In this document: in pieces, positions 8,248 through 18,616 of the stretch | Layout: each line of letters starts with the position of its first letter | How positions within the stretch are numbered: position 1 is the first letter of the stretch | Assembly (NCBI GenBank): GCA_017534535.1 | Contig: JAFXVZ010000048.1 | Coordinates: 49,286 to 113,285 of the forward strand | DNA length: 64,000 bases | Direction: 5' to 3' | Origin: Bacteroidaceae bacterium | GTDB lineage: Bacteria; Bacteroidota; Bacteroidia; Bacteroidales; Bacteroidaceae | Program-made: the position numbers and the translations under genes | The notes under the pieces: model-generated | What the model was told of the DNA's origin: nothing | The model's database searches: none | The model's input: the letters and a program-made list of their open reading frames with translations, nothing else

Positions 8248-9876
8248 TCATAGTTGTAACACTTCGTCGCAGTAGGAGAGAATGTGGTCACGATGAGTGA
8301 TGAATATCATGGTCTTTCCTTTCATAGCACACATCAGTCTCTCAGCAAGTGTGCGCTCTGTTTCAGCATCGAGCGAGGAGCTGAATTCGTCTAATAGTAT
8401 GATGCTTCCAGGACGCAACAAACCTCTGGCGATAGCGATGCGCTGAGCCTGTCCTTCACTTAGTCCGTCGCCCCATTCTCCACAGCGGGCATCGAGTTTC
8501 AAAGGCAAGTCTGCCACAAAGTCGGCAGCTGCGATGTGTAAAGCTTCCCACATCTCTTCTTCAGTAGCGTTGGCTTTGCCCAAGAGCAGATTGCCACGGA
8601 TGGTACCACTTAACAGACTGTTGCCTTGTGGTACATACACCAAGTTACCACGAGTCTCAGGCGACGACTCCACTTTTTCAACTTTATTATATATAGAGAG
8701 GGAGCCTTGTTGCGGATAAAGTACCGATAGCATCAGCTTCACCAATGTGCTCTTTCCTGCGCCTGTTTCGCCTACGATGGCAGTTCGACTGCCTGGCTTG
8801 AAATCGTGTGAGAAGTGTTGATAGATGTCACGTTTACCGTTCTTGTATCTAAAAGTAATGTCGTTGATGCGTATGCCTGCTGTTCCTTCCAGCATTTTTG
8901 CTGAGCCTGGCATCTCACCATTCAGTTTCTCCAATTCTTCAAGTCTGTCTATGGATGCTGAGGAATGTACAAAGTCGGGGATCAAGCGAGTCAGATCTAC
9001 CGTTGGGCTTTGAATCCTATTCACCAATTGCAAGAAGGCAGTCATCATACCATAGGTGATAATTCCCTGCTGCAAACCTACCAATCCCCAAAGGAAGGCA
9101 GTCATATAGCCAGCGATGAATCCCAAGCTCACCATTCCCCTGGAAAACAGGTTGAAGCGTGTGCGGTGCATAGTCTGACCATAAAGTGAGGTCTGCAAGT
9201 TTTCCAGTCGGTCGGCAAAAGCACCATTCTGTTCCATACTTTGTATGAGCAGATGATGCTGTAAACTCTCCTGCATTACGCTCTGCACCTGACTATCAGT
9301 TGAGCGAATGTCTTTTGTCAGCTTTCGCATCTTGAAGAAATACAGCTTGCTGACCACCAGAAATACGGGCATGATGAAGATGATGCTCCAAGCCAGTATG
9401 GGATTTAAAGAATAGAGAAATACAAATGCAGCCAATACTTGCACACAGTTGATAATCAGTTGTGGCACAGACTTGCATAGCGTTTCGCTTACCACACGCA
9501 CATCTTCCTCTAAGCGGTTCAGGACATCTCCGCTATGGAATTGCTCCCATTCCTCCCAAGTTACATGCATCAGATGGCTGTAAATGCGGTGTCTGACTTG
9601 GTTCTTCAGCTCGATCTCAGTTTGGTTCTCTATCCAACTGATAGCTAAGTTGAGACCCAGTTCCGCAAGATAGATGAAAACAAGTATGGCACCATAGACG
9701 AAAAGCCTTGGTTGGGAAAGTCCACCATGTGTGGCATAGTCAATGGCCTCTTTGCTGAAATACACAAATGTTAGACTGGCACCAATGTAACACAACCCAC
9801 AGAGGGTGTTCAGCAATAATCTGCCCCTTATTCCATGGGATGAGCGCCAAAGCCATGTGAAAAGTCTTTTTATCAT
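8248..9876 (-). CDS. ABC exporter (fused TMD-NBD, no peptidase domain)
   Basis: Multiple TM helices; GETGAGKST, LSEGQAQR, ILLDE and H-loop ITH. Confidence 0.92.
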   Translation of the reverse strand: MIKRLFTWLWRSSHGIRGRLLLNTLCGLCYIGASLTFVYFSKEAIDYATHGGLSQPRLFVYGAILVFIYLAELGLNLAISWIENQTEIELKNQVRHRIYSHLMHVTWEEWEQFHSGDVLNRLEEDVRVVSETLCKSVPQLIINCVQVLAAFVFLYSLNPILAWSIIFIMPVFLVVSKLYFFKMRKLTKDIRSTDSQVQSVMQESLQHHLLIQSMEQNGAFADRLENLQTSLYGQTMHRTRFNLFSRGMVSLGFIAGYMTAFLWGLVGLQQGIITYGMMTAFLQLVNRIQSPTVDLTRLIPDFVHSSASIDRLEELEKLNGEMPGSAKMLEGTAGIRINDITFRYKNGKRDIYQHFSHDFKPGSRTAIVGETGAGKSTLVKLMLSVLYPQQGSLSIYNKVEKVESSPETRGNLVYVPQGNSLLSGTIRGNLLLGKANATEEEMWEALHIAAADFVADLPLKLDARCGEWGDGLSEGQAQRIAIARGLLRPGSIILLDEFSSSLDAETERTLAERLMCAMKGKTMIFITHRDHILSYCDEVLQL

Positions 9877-11000
9877 TTTTTTGTGAAGAAGTCGGTGAAG
9901 AAATGAATTCCACGTTCATACATAAATAATATAAAGGCTTCGAAGCCCAAAGAAGGGAATAGTTTCATTGTATTGATGTAACGATGGGTGTGATAGAAGT
10001 AACGTTTACACTTTCTGATTACGTAGTTGGATGAATAAGGGAGTTTATTTTCTGCGTAATGACCAAAGTTTCCTTGTTTTAAAATGTCTTCTAAAACCTT
10101 AACTGATTTATTATAAGTATCCTTGTAAAAAGGAAACTCTTCTTGGGGAAGTCCTATTTGGTGTACCAAGATATAACCGAACACTTGCCAAGGTTGCATC
10201 AAACCATAATAGCAGAGTTCTCGTTTCAATACTTCCTGGTCTATTTCTGTATGATATACATGCAACATCCGAGCCCAGTCGCAGAGCTGGCGTAAGCCTA
10301 CACCGCCATGAAAAAAATGAAAAAGCATGTGGTAGAACACATAGAGGGAACTGAAAACGCTATCTGGCACATTAATATTTTTGTTTTCGCCCATTGGAGT
10401 AAAGGCGTATGTTGATGATTCAAGCATTTGCTCTCCCCATTTTACAAATCTTCTTTGCTTAAAATAATTAGAGAACAATGCAGCAATTCTATGTAACTCA
10501 ATATCTACACCTTGCCAAACCACATTTGTATGCAAGAAATTTTCACCTTTTATTTGCCCCATATCTTTCCTGTCTTTTATCTCTTGGCAGATGGCTTGGT
10601 AATTCTTTCGCCCTATGTAAAGGTCTATATCTCCACTTTGGCGATGCAAGGGATTGGGATGGAGGGCTGCACAACTTTGTCCTTTCAATAACAACGCTCG
10701 GAAACCTTTTTCTTGCAACTTTTCAGTGAATGCCACCAGCACTTGGTTTTGTTTCCTGTTTGCTTGTTCGATTTTGTTTACCTTCCAAAACCACTTTAAG
10801 CGGATTTCCTCTTCGGGTTGCTGTTCTAAAGGCAAGCTTAGCATGCCGTCAAACAGTATGCCGAGCAAGGTTTGACGCTTGGCTTGTTCCATCAAATCTT
10901 TCCACTCTTCATTGTTGAGTTTAATGCCAACATGAGGAGCCGTTCCCCAAAGGCCGGCTTTGAGCAGTTCCCAGAAACCCTGTTCCGTGGTCGTCGTCAT
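9873..11000 (-). CDS. Nucleotidyltransferase family protein (NTP_transf_5-like)
   Basis: LLKG, RQSGDIDL, IELH and GLRQLCDW motifs; ATGA overlaps with both neighbours. Confidence 0.85.
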   Translation of the reverse strand: MTTTTEQGFWELLKAGLWGTAPHVGIKLNNEEWKDLMEQAKRQTLLGILFDGMLSLPLEQQPEEEIRLKWFWKVNKIEQANRKQNQVLVAFTEKLQEKGFRALLLKGQSCAALHPNPLHRQSGDIDLYIGRKNYQAICQEIKDRKDMGQIKGENFLHTNVVWQGVDIELHRIAALFSNYFKQRRFVKWGEQMLESSTYAFTPMGENKNINVPDSVFSSLYVFYHMLFHFFHGGVGLRQLCDWARMLHVYHTEIDQEVLKRELCYYGLMQPWQVFGYILVHQIGLPQEEFPFYKDTYNKSVKVLEDILKQGNFGHYAENKLPYSSNYVIRKCKRYFYHTHRYINTMKLFPSLGFEAFILFMYERGIHFFTDFFTKK

Positions 11001-11266
11001 TCTTCCAATAGTCCGATTCTTTTCCAATCTTCAATCAGACGTTCGGCATCAGCAAGAGCCGTATCCTCAGAGACGTTGTATTTAGCTGTCAGCAAATTCA
11101 CCATATCCTCGGCAGAGAAATCACGTCCTTGCAAGTTCTCCCAAAGATACTTCGCACTGCTGTTAATGCTAACTAGTTTATTGAAGTTGATTACTTCAAT
11201 ACTTTCAGGTACCAAAACTTGGTTAACACCTATTTCCCTTAGTGTGAATCCTTTTTTTGTTTTCAT
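10997..11266 (-). CDS. PqqD family / RiPP recognition element (RRE)
   Basis: 89 aa; F.LREI...NSSAKYLW...L...Y.V....A..D...LI..W...GLL pattern. Confidence 0.85.
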   Translation of the reverse strand: MKTKKGFTLREIGVNQVLVPESIEVINFNKLVSINSSAKYLWENLQGRDFSAEDMVNLLTAKYNVSEDTALADAERLIEDWKRIGLLEE

Positions 11267-11290
11267 GATTCATATCATTATTACATTGTT

Positions 11291-11899
11291 TTAATAAGTG
11301 TTCTTTTCAGGTAATAAAACAGTCTTGAAAGTAAGCAGTAAGATTCGACAATCAAGACCAATACTCCAATGGTTAATGTAGAAAATGTCCAATTTTACTC
11401 TTTCTTTCATTTGTCTAACATCTGTGGTTTCACCGCAACGTCCCATAACTTGCGCTAAGCCGGTAATCCCAGGCCGGACAGCTAAACGGTCCATGTAGTT
11501 TCCTATAAGCTTTGAATACATATCAGTATGAGCTAACATATGTGGTCGAGGGCCAATGACAGACATGTCACCCGTCAGTACATTCCAAAACTGGGGAAGT
11601 TCGTCAAACCTAGTTTTCCTCAGGAATTTTCCGAATGGGAAAATTCTTTCATCATCACTTGTAGCTTGCCTAGTGTCAGCTTCGTCATTCAAATGCATGG
11701 AGCGGAATTTATACATGACAAAGGTCTTGTTTTCCAGCCCAGAGCGTTTCTGTTTGAAAAAGATTGGACCTCTGCTCTGAACCTTTATCGCTATCGCAAT
11801 AAAGGGGAATAGAACAACCGTGATGCACAACGCCAGACTGGCAATAATCACATCAAAAATTCGTTTTAGAACGTTATTTGTAACAATAGAACCACTCAT
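11291..11899 (-). CDS. Priming undecaprenyl-phosphate sugar-1-phosphate transferase (Bac_transf)
   Basis: KRIFD, YKFRSM, DELPQFWNVL.GDMSVIGPRP and PGITGLAQ motifs. Confidence 0.93.
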   Translation of the reverse strand: MSGSIVTNNVLKRIFDVIIASLALCITVVLFPFIAIAIKVQSRGPIFFKQKRSGLENKTFVMYKFRSMHLNDEADTRQATSDDERIFPFGKFLRKTRFDELPQFWNVLTGDMSVIGPRPHMLAHTDMYSKLIGNYMDRLAVRPGITGLAQVMGRCGETTDVRQMKERVKLDIFYINHWSIGLDCRILLLTFKTVLLPEKNTY

Positions 11900-12636
11900 A
11901 ATTCCTTAATAATATGCCATATGAAAAGTGGATTACCAATAATGTATCTTTTCCACATTCTTTTTGGCTCTTTCAATAATCTATAAAGCCATTCCAAAGA
12001 ATGGTTTTGCCACCATAGTGGAGCTCTTTGTATTGTTCCTGCATAGAAGTCAAATACAGCTCCAATGTTTCCCACATGGCAGTTGATTTTTAAATCTGTC
12101 CAATGCTGATATGTCCATTTCTCTTGCTTTGGTGCTGTCATACCAATCCACAACAAATCTGGGTTGGCCTCATTTATCGCATCGATGATTGCAGCATTGT
12201 CATCAGCAGAAAAGTCGGATTTATATGGGGGTGAATAAGTTACGATTTCAAGATTTGGATAGTCTGTAGCTGCGTTCTCTTTAATTTTCTCCAATACCTG
12301 ATTTGATGATCCCATAAACATTACCCTTCTCATTTTCTCGCCTTTCTTTCGTGCCATGCTCATTGATTCGTTCTGATGCATCTCGAAGACAAACAAGTCC
12401 CATCCCGCTATGCGCTCTTTGGGTCTTGAGCTGGCTTTTATGAAATGGCAAGCCTTGACAATGCTGCCTCCATCAGGTATTAAATAATCGCTACTTACAA
12501 GAGCTTTTGTAAAGATGGCGTCTTTCTGCGCCATATTATAGGAATGGGCATTAAGGGTATTGATGACAATCTTCCCCATTGGCATGTCCTTTAATGCTTC
12601 TTTGGATTCTATCAAATTTAAAGTGGAGAGTAGCAT
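11896..12636 (-). CDS. WecB/TagA/CpsF family glycosyltransferase (GT26)
   Basis: IPDG, WIGMTAPKQEKW, GAVFDF and RAP...LEWLYRL..EPKRMWKRY motifs. Confidence 0.92.
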   Translation of the reverse strand: MLLSTLNLIESKEALKDMPMGKIVINTLNAHSYNMAQKDAIFTKALVSSDYLIPDGGSIVKACHFIKASSRPKERIAGWDLFVFEMHQNESMSMARKKGEKMRRVMFMGSSNQVLEKIKENAATDYPNLEIVTYSPPYKSDFSADDNAAIIDAINEANPDLLWIGMTAPKQEKWTYQHWTDLKINCHVGNIGAVFDFYAGTIQRAPLWWQNHSLEWLYRLLKEPKRMWKRYIIGNPLFIWHIIKEL

Positions 12637-12639
12637 GTT

Positions 12640-13737
12640 TTAACCTAATATTTGTTTGAAGATGGAAGTCAATTGATTTTCAAAGGCAGCAATAGTGTAG
12701 TTCTCCTTGAAATGCTCCAAGCCATTCTCTCCCATCCTTTTTCGTAACGAAGGGTCGTTGAGGAGTAACAAGATTTTCTCAGCTAAATCTTTAGCACTCC
12801 TTTTCTCGCAGATAAACCCGTTTTCGCCATCTTTTACGATGTCAGGGATGCCCCCCTCATCTGTTGTTACAATTGGTAGTCCATGCTTCATGGCTTCCAA
12901 AAGTACCAAGGGGAAACATTCATCTAAAGATGGAAAAACGAAAATGTCTGCATTATTCCAAAATTGCTCTTTATCAATCCCATATTTACTCCCATGGTAG
13001 AAAACGCAATTATATAGTTTTTTCTCTTTAATTATTTTAGAGAGGAAAACTCTTGTGATTTCAGATGATTCAGCCCCCACTATATGACATGAAAAATCAA
13101 TTCCTTTCGCATGAAGTGCTTGCAATGCATCAAGAAGGAAAAATACTCCTTTTTGTATTAACAAATTACTGAGGAATAGTATTCTGACCGTTTTTTCACG
13201 ATCACCTTTTTGGGGAGTTGGCATTTCTTCGGATATACCATTCGGACAAATGTAAACATCTTTACTCATAACATATCTTTCAATGTCAGGGTAAAGTCTT
13301 TTAGAAAGCAAAATAATTTTTATATCTTTAAAAAAATGTTTGTATAAAAAATTGTCAAATATCTTGTTCTGACGTGTTGAAACCCCTTTGTTATGATAAT
13401 GTGCAACGATGTTGCAGTTCATAAACTTTAATGCCATCATTATTAAGAAATCTTTGTAGAAGGGACCACCTTTGGAATTAGGAGTGATATAAACAAGATT
13501 TGGCTGTGTGTTTTTGACCGTTTTAATGATGTTGAGTAATAAATGAAAGAATTGAGAGATTTTCCGAATTTTGAACTTCCCGATATCCTCTAAACTGGAA
13601 GCTGTGGTCAAATTGATATATTCACAATCAAATTCATTGTTGATGAGCTTTGAATTGCGGAGAGATTGTCCAATTATAGCAGCTCCGTGGATAGGCGGCG
13701 GCATGTGGAGTATGAAGAGTATTATATTTTTTTTCAT
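12640..13737 (-). CDS. GT4 family glycosyltransferase
   Basis: FVFPSLDECFPLVLLEAM...P...GGIPDIV; start taken at MKKNII. Confidence 0.9.
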   Translation of the reverse strand: MKKNIILFILHMPPPIHGAAIIGQSLRNSKLINNEFDCEYINLTTASSLEDIGKFKIRKISQFFHLLLNIIKTVKNTQPNLVYITPNSKGGPFYKDFLIMMALKFMNCNIVAHYHNKGVSTRQNKIFDNFLYKHFFKDIKIILLSKRLYPDIERYVMSKDVYICPNGISEEMPTPQKGDREKTVRILFLSNLLIQKGVFFLLDALQALHAKGIDFSCHIVGAESSEITRVFLSKIIKEKKLYNCVFYHGSKYGIDKEQFWNNADIFVFPSLDECFPLVLLEAMKHGLPIVTTDEGGIPDIVKDGENGFICEKRSAKDLAEKILLLLNDPSLRKRMGENGLEHFKENYTIAAFENQLTSIFKQILG

Positions 13738-13742
13738 GATTG

Positions 13743-14897
13743 TCATTCTTCGCCGTTGTATGTGCAATCTGGTACAACATTCAGTGTTTTAGTATGTTGG
13801 TTAGCAGAGATGACAGATCCTACAATAAACATAGGCAACCAGGTTCCTTGTGTTGACTCAATAGTAATATATGATAATCCCCCAATAATATATGTTGCAA
13901 AGATGCTTAAGGTTATGTAAAATTGTTCTCTGTCCTTGATTTTGCAGATAAAGCTGATAACGATTGCGATGAAAATAATAAAAATAGCAGATCCTATATA
14001 ACCTGTTGAAAACAGAATCTTTAAATAGTTGTTATGGGAATCTATATCTAATGTTGGACTGATATCCGAGCAAAGGTCTATACCAATAAACTTCGTCAAC
14101 AAGCTTTTCTCATCAAATATATCATATATTTCTGCCCAAGCCAAGGCACGTCCTTGAGTATTTTCACCAGAATATAAATCATCAGAATCGTCCAATAAAA
14201 GATATTCTTCTCCCAAAACATCATTAAGAGAGATCATGGCAATGATGGCTATAACACCTATAATAAGGGAGTAGATGGCAAATTTTGAACTTATCCTGAG
14301 TGCTTTGCCAGTCTTTTGTTCATACCAATAGCAGAAGAGAAGGAAAAGAGAAAAAGCGATAATCATATAATAGATTCTTGCATTAGCTATGAGTATGAAA
14401 TAGAGGCATAAAAATGGAATCGCTGATTCAATTTTAGTGTTGTGTTTGCAGAAAGCATAGACAATGAAACATTGTGTCATGGCCAATGCTAAATCAGTCT
14501 TGAAATAATAGAAACCTCTGAAAGTGTTGACTGTACCCCACTCAATGAATCCCCAGCCTGTTATAAATGAAAGTATGGTGAAAACAAGTACGGGAATAAA
14601 GCCTTTGCGGATACATAGTATTACTTGTTCATGGTCAATCTGGTAATATCTACCCAAGAAATACAGCATAAATGATGATTCAATTTTTAAGAACTGTGAC
14701 CATCCTTCAAGATTTCGGAGAAATGAGAAGAAGAATAGTAACATTAACGAAAAAACAATCAAATCAATCTTGTCATAAGCCGGCTGATATCTCGAAGAAA
14801 AGATGCAATATATGCAAATTAACATTAACCCAACATCAAGTATTTGCAGTTGGTATATCATGTCCACTATAGGCTTTAGATAGAAAACTAGACCCAT
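13743..14897 (-). CDS. Wzy polymerase / O-antigen ligase-like membrane protein
   Basis: Many TM segments; GR...W and SHNNYL...G..G motifs of Wzy_C/WaaL type. Confidence 0.7.
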   Translation of the reverse strand: MGLVFYLKPIVDMIYQLQILDVGLMLICIYCIFSSRYQPAYDKIDLIVFSLMLLFFFSFLRNLEGWSQFLKIESSFMLYFLGRYYQIDHEQVILCIRKGFIPVLVFTILSFITGWGFIEWGTVNTFRGFYYFKTDLALAMTQCFIVYAFCKHNTKIESAIPFLCLYFILIANARIYYMIIAFSLFLLFCYWYEQKTGKALRISSKFAIYSLIIGVIAIIAMISLNDVLGEEYLLLDDSDDLYSGENTQGRALAWAEIYDIFDEKSLLTKFIGIDLCSDISPTLDIDSHNNYLKILFSTGYIGSAIFIIFIAIVISFICKIKDREQFYITLSIFATYIIGGLSYITIESTQGTWLPMFIVGSVISANQHTKTLNVVPDCTYNGEE

Positions 14898-14937
14898 TTA
14901 TTCAGAACTTTAGCTTGTAGGATAGTTGAGAAAAGTG

Positions 14938-15978
14938 CTAAAATGACTCGTAAGTGCTTTTCTTTGGTAGTATCTTTTCAAATGATTCGAGAATTCTGCT
15001 CTTTGCTACTTCAAATTGGGTGATGACATTGGAGTCATTAAGGCAGATAAGTTTCTTCTTCCGCTTTATGATACAGTCAACGATTTCTGATATATTGTCA
15101 TCACTTATTAAATAATACTGACCATCTTTTTGGGTGTTTATTGGATAAAAATCACCTGAAGCCAGCTGCCAATATCTAATCAACCAAGGTGCTACATCTC
15201 TATAATCACGAAATCGATTGATCGATGTTCTCAAAATCTCTTTTGAACAATGCTTCCATACGCCATGATATGATTTAAGCAAATAGCCCTGAGCAATGTG
15301 CGGATTGATAAAGCCAGTAAATTCATCTTTCCTAATCATCGTACAAAGTACGTTTAGCAAAGATTGCTTAATATAGGCAATGTTGAACCATTTGGATGGA
15401 TTCTTCTTTATGACTTCCCATTTATTGAAATGCTCATTAATGGCTGTTTTTGAAAGTAAAACATTTGCTCCAAATATACCACTGTGTATATTAATGGTCA
15501 TACCGCCTATGTCACAGGGCAATCCATCCTTGAAGAACCTTTCTGGTTTGACATCGTCTAGCAAGAACATATCATCATTGAAATACACAAACTTTTCAGA
15601 CAAGCCTGGGATTCTGTGGAAATAAAACTCAATCACATTACTGCTAAACGTGGGTAAATATTCTGAAGGGATAAAATCTGAATGTTTGACGATTATCAGT
15701 TTTGGATGGTTGACATTTAACCAATCTGGCAAATGACCCCAAGTGACGAAGAAAACATTGTTCACCCAAGGAGCATACTCTTCCACTCCCCGAAAAAAGT
15801 AGCGGAGTGTCCCCCAATCTCTATATCTTGAGCTGTTATTACTCATGTCTTTATGCTCTGCTTCCGCATAATGATTGCGTTCCTTTTGCCATTCAGGATC
15901 ATTGCCATCTACCCATGTGATGACTAAGTCTATTTTGTCATCCATACATTTCATACTTTTAATGTCTCTCAGTTTCAA
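14938..15978 (-). CDS. Stealth family hexose-1-phosphate transferase
   Basis: IDLVITWVDGNDPEW, LPTFSS..IE, FVYFNDD and ICLND conserved regions; the true start may be a few codons downstream. Confidence 0.9.
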   Translation of the reverse strand: MKLRDIKSMKCMDDKIDLVITWVDGNDPEWQKERNHYAEAEHKDMSNNSSRYRDWGTLRYFFRGVEEYAPWVNNVFFVTWGHLPDWLNVNHPKLIIVKHSDFIPSEYLPTFSSNVIEFYFHRIPGLSEKFVYFNDDMFLLDDVKPERFFKDGLPCDIGGMTINIHSGIFGANVLLSKTAINEHFNKWEVIKKNPSKWFNIAYIKQSLLNVLCTMIRKDEFTGFINPHIAQGYLLKSYHGVWKHCSKEILRTSINRFRDYRDVAPWLIRYWQLASGDFYPINTQKDGQYYLISDDNISEIVDCIIKRKKKLICLNDSNVITQFEVAKSRILESFEKILPKKSTYESF

Positions 15979-17533
15979 TCCCCTTCGTGAAGTTCCTAAC
16001 CCAAGTTAATAGTTGCTTGCGCTCTATTTTGTTTAAGCCGATAAAAAATGCAGATGCCAGGGTTAGCGTCAATATCAAGGCAAGGTGCCCTAAGTGTAAT
16101 AGCAAGTTGTCTATCCGCATTCTGGATGTAAAAGAAAGGCAGATGATAATCGGAATGCAGACTTTGGTAATGGGAATAAACACATCCTGGCAGAATCTTA
16201 TCACTGGGAAATGGAGAATTATATATGCCATACAAAACTGTATGATACGCCACAAAATATCAGCGATGATAAAGGCAAGCAATAGGACATAGGCGGGATA
16301 TCCCATCTTAAACAACGCATACCCAATTGGGATACAAGAAATCGTAATTGCACTATAGATAATTCTAAACCATGATACTTTACCGGAAGCATTTGCCACA
16401 TAGGATATGCCACCATCAGTAACAGCCACGAAGGCCATTAAAAGAATCATCTGTGTAAATACCAAAGCTCCATCAGGCACTTGTAATAACCAGACGTGTA
16501 AGATGAAGTCTAATTCAGCCCACATGGGAAAGAAGGCAGTAATCATCATTAGTAGGCTATATTTGCCGATGCGGCTGGTTAGATAATAGACTCGCTCCAT
16601 GTCGCCTCGGCTATAACTTTGTGTTATTTGTGGAGCAGCGGCATTCAAGAAGTTGTTCGCAAAAGGGGATATGCTGCGATTCACAGTCTTTGCTACTGCA
16701 TATGCTCCGTTTACAATAGTGCCAAAAAAATAATTAATCAGCAATAAACTTCCTTGACCTCTAAACATGTATGCTACAGTTGACATCAAATTATAGTAAC
16801 TATATGAGAGGGTTTCTCGGTACAAATGCCGATCCTTGACGATCCTCCATTTAACGACTTCTCTCCAGTGCCGATAGCAATATATATGATAAACGACAAA
16901 TGCTGTCAACATGGGAAGTGTTTCAATGAGGGAAAATGCTTTGAGGCGATTGCCATCGAAAGTTTGAAGCCAAAAAAGTAATCCCAATTGAACTACTTTT
17001 ACAGAAATCTCAACGATAGCCGTGAAGAGAAACTTCTCAGTAGCATTGAAGAGGCTTGAATAAGGCACATTGACTATTCCAATGCAACATACGATGGTTG
17101 ACACTTGGAAGACAAACATTGCATCAAATGCCTTGGCTGCATCAACGTTAAGGAAATTGTTTATGTAGAAGACTCCTCCGATCTCCAGCAATAAGAGTAT
17201 TGAAAAGGCAGTTATAATATGAAGTACATTGCATACATTGAAAATGTGATTCAAGTTCCCGTCTTCCTTGCCCCGCTCCACATTTATGAAACGGATTGTT
17301 GTACCAGCGAGAGAATCGGAAATGAAGGTAAATAAAACTACAATCCCGCCAACAACGCTATTGAGGCCATAATCTGATACGCCAAGTGCTTCAAGGGCGA
17401 GCCTTGATGTATATAGGCCCAATAGCATCTTAAGAAACAATTGCCCATATACCACCAAGGTGTTCTTGACTATTTTCTTATTTCCTGTCTGATGATCAGA
17501 ATGCATGTGATTACCTATGTTGGGGACCATCAA
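15959..17533 (-). CDS. Wzx flippase
   Basis: KIVKNT...LYTSR...LGVSDYG N-terminus; about 12-14 TM segments. Confidence 0.85.
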   Translation of the reverse strand: MMVPNIGNHMHSDHQTGNKKIVKNTLVVYGQLFLKMLLGLYTSRLALEALGVSDYGLNSVVGGIVVLFTFISDSLAGTTIRFINVERGKEDGNLNHIFNVCNVLHIITAFSILLLLEIGGVFYINNFLNVDAAKAFDAMFVFQVSTIVCCIGIVNVPYSSLFNATEKFLFTAIVEISVKVVQLGLLFWLQTFDGNRLKAFSLIETLPMLTAFVVYHIYCYRHWREVVKWRIVKDRHLYRETLSYSYYNLMSTVAYMFRGQGSLLLINYFFGTIVNGAYAVAKTVNRSISPFANNFLNAAAPQITQSYSRGDMERVYYLTSRIGKYSLLMMITAFFPMWAELDFILHVWLLQVPDGALVFTQMILLMAFVAVTDGGISYVANASGKVSWFRIIYSAITISCIPIGYALFKMGYPAYVLLLAFIIADILWRIIQFCMAYIILHFPVIRFCQDVFIPITKVCIPIIICLSFTSRMRIDNLLLHLGHLALILTLTLASAFFIGLNKIERKQLLTWVRNFTKGIETERH

Positions 17534-18608
17534 AAACGCTTAACATTCTCAACATAGGTTTTATATCGTTTTCTTTGTATAAAATGTAGCAAGTCACTCC
17601 AATAATACCCATGAATAGGGCGATGAGGCACATGCGAGAACGCTTTGGTCCTGCTTTCCTCACTGGAACAGTAGCGGATTGTAAAGTGGTGAAAGCTGGA
17701 GTGTCTTCTTGCACCTTCGCTTTGGCTGCCTGAAGTTGTGCAGCAACTTGTTGATAAACATTCCGCTGTAGCTGAAGGTTCATCTCAAGGTCTGCTCTTT
17801 TCTGCCGGTCAACCTCCAGGAAAGTATTCATATTAGCATCCGCATACTCAGCGTATTCCCTACTGGATTTCTCGTAATTAGCTTTGGTTTCTTTGTAAAG
17901 GTTCTGCATATACTCCAAATCCACTCTCGCTTTCTTTGTTCTATAGTTAGTGATGGATTGCTGCAGACGAGCCAACACGGAATCTGCCACCAAAGCGCAT
18001 ATCTCAGGGTCTTGATCTGTTACTTGTATCGTTATGGCTCTTGTCTTTTTATTAACGTCGCAAGTTATTTTTTTGTGAAGAGCCCTAACTACTTTCATTT
18101 GTTTCTTTGTCAAACGATAAGGATTAACGGCGTTACTATCGTCATCGCTTTCTTTTCTCAGCAGAGATGAAAGCCATCCCATCAGAGTTGTCCACCACGG
18201 TGATTTCTGCTCGTTGGTTAAGTACTCATAGTAAGTGAACTCCTGTCCATCGACTTTAGTTACTTTGACAGGAAAAAGCGAGGCTTTAAAATCAACGGAT
18301 TTCATCAAATCAGGATATAGAGTAGGAGTGATGGCATCTGCGCCACGAGTGGCACTATTCAAATTGATGCCAAAGGAACTGGCTATATTTGACAGGCTGC
18401 TTGATGTGATTGTCCCTGTGGTAGATTCTGGTGCCAACATCACAGTACAATTGTAGTAATTGGGCAGTGAAAGCGTTATAATAACTGCCATTAGGGCAAC
18501 TATTGGAATAACCTTATAATACAGCTTGCGATGTTTTTTGATGTCAGCCCAAAGTTTGCCAAAATCTATAGGAGCAGGTTTCCTTCTATTTGTAATTGTC
18601 TCACTCAT
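17511..18608 (-). CDS. Wzz-like chain-length determinant
   Basis: Two terminal TM helices; LYPDL; coiled coil; ATVP...GPKR. Confidence 0.85.
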   Translation of the reverse strand: MSETITNRRKPAPIDFGKLWADIKKHRKLYYKVIPIVALMAVIITLSLPNYYNCTVMLAPESTTGTITSSSLSNIASSFGINLNSATRGADAITPTLYPDLMKSVDFKASLFPVKVTKVDGQEFTYYEYLTNEQKSPWWTTLMGWLSSLLRKESDDDSNAVNPYRLTKKQMKVVRALHKKITCDVNKKTRAITIQVTDQDPEICALVADSVLARLQQSITNYRTKKARVDLEYMQNLYKETKANYEKSSREYAEYADANMNTFLEVDRQKRADLEMNLQLQRNVYQQVAAQLQAAKAKVQEDTPAFTTLQSATVPVRKAGPKRSRMCLIALFMGIIGVTCYILYKENDIKPMLRMLSVFDGPQHR

Positions 18609-18616
18609 AGCTCAGA

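Noticed and set aside
6919-9876. Double-glycine bacteriocin exported by a peptidase-containing ABC transporter
   Set aside because: The exporter has no C39 domain and the putative core is short and acidic.
6919-11266. Canonical lasso peptide cluster
   Set aside because: There is no cyclase or B2 peptidase in the window. The peptide has no Thr at -2 of a plausible core, and a Gly25-Asp33 ring would leave only a 2-residue tail.
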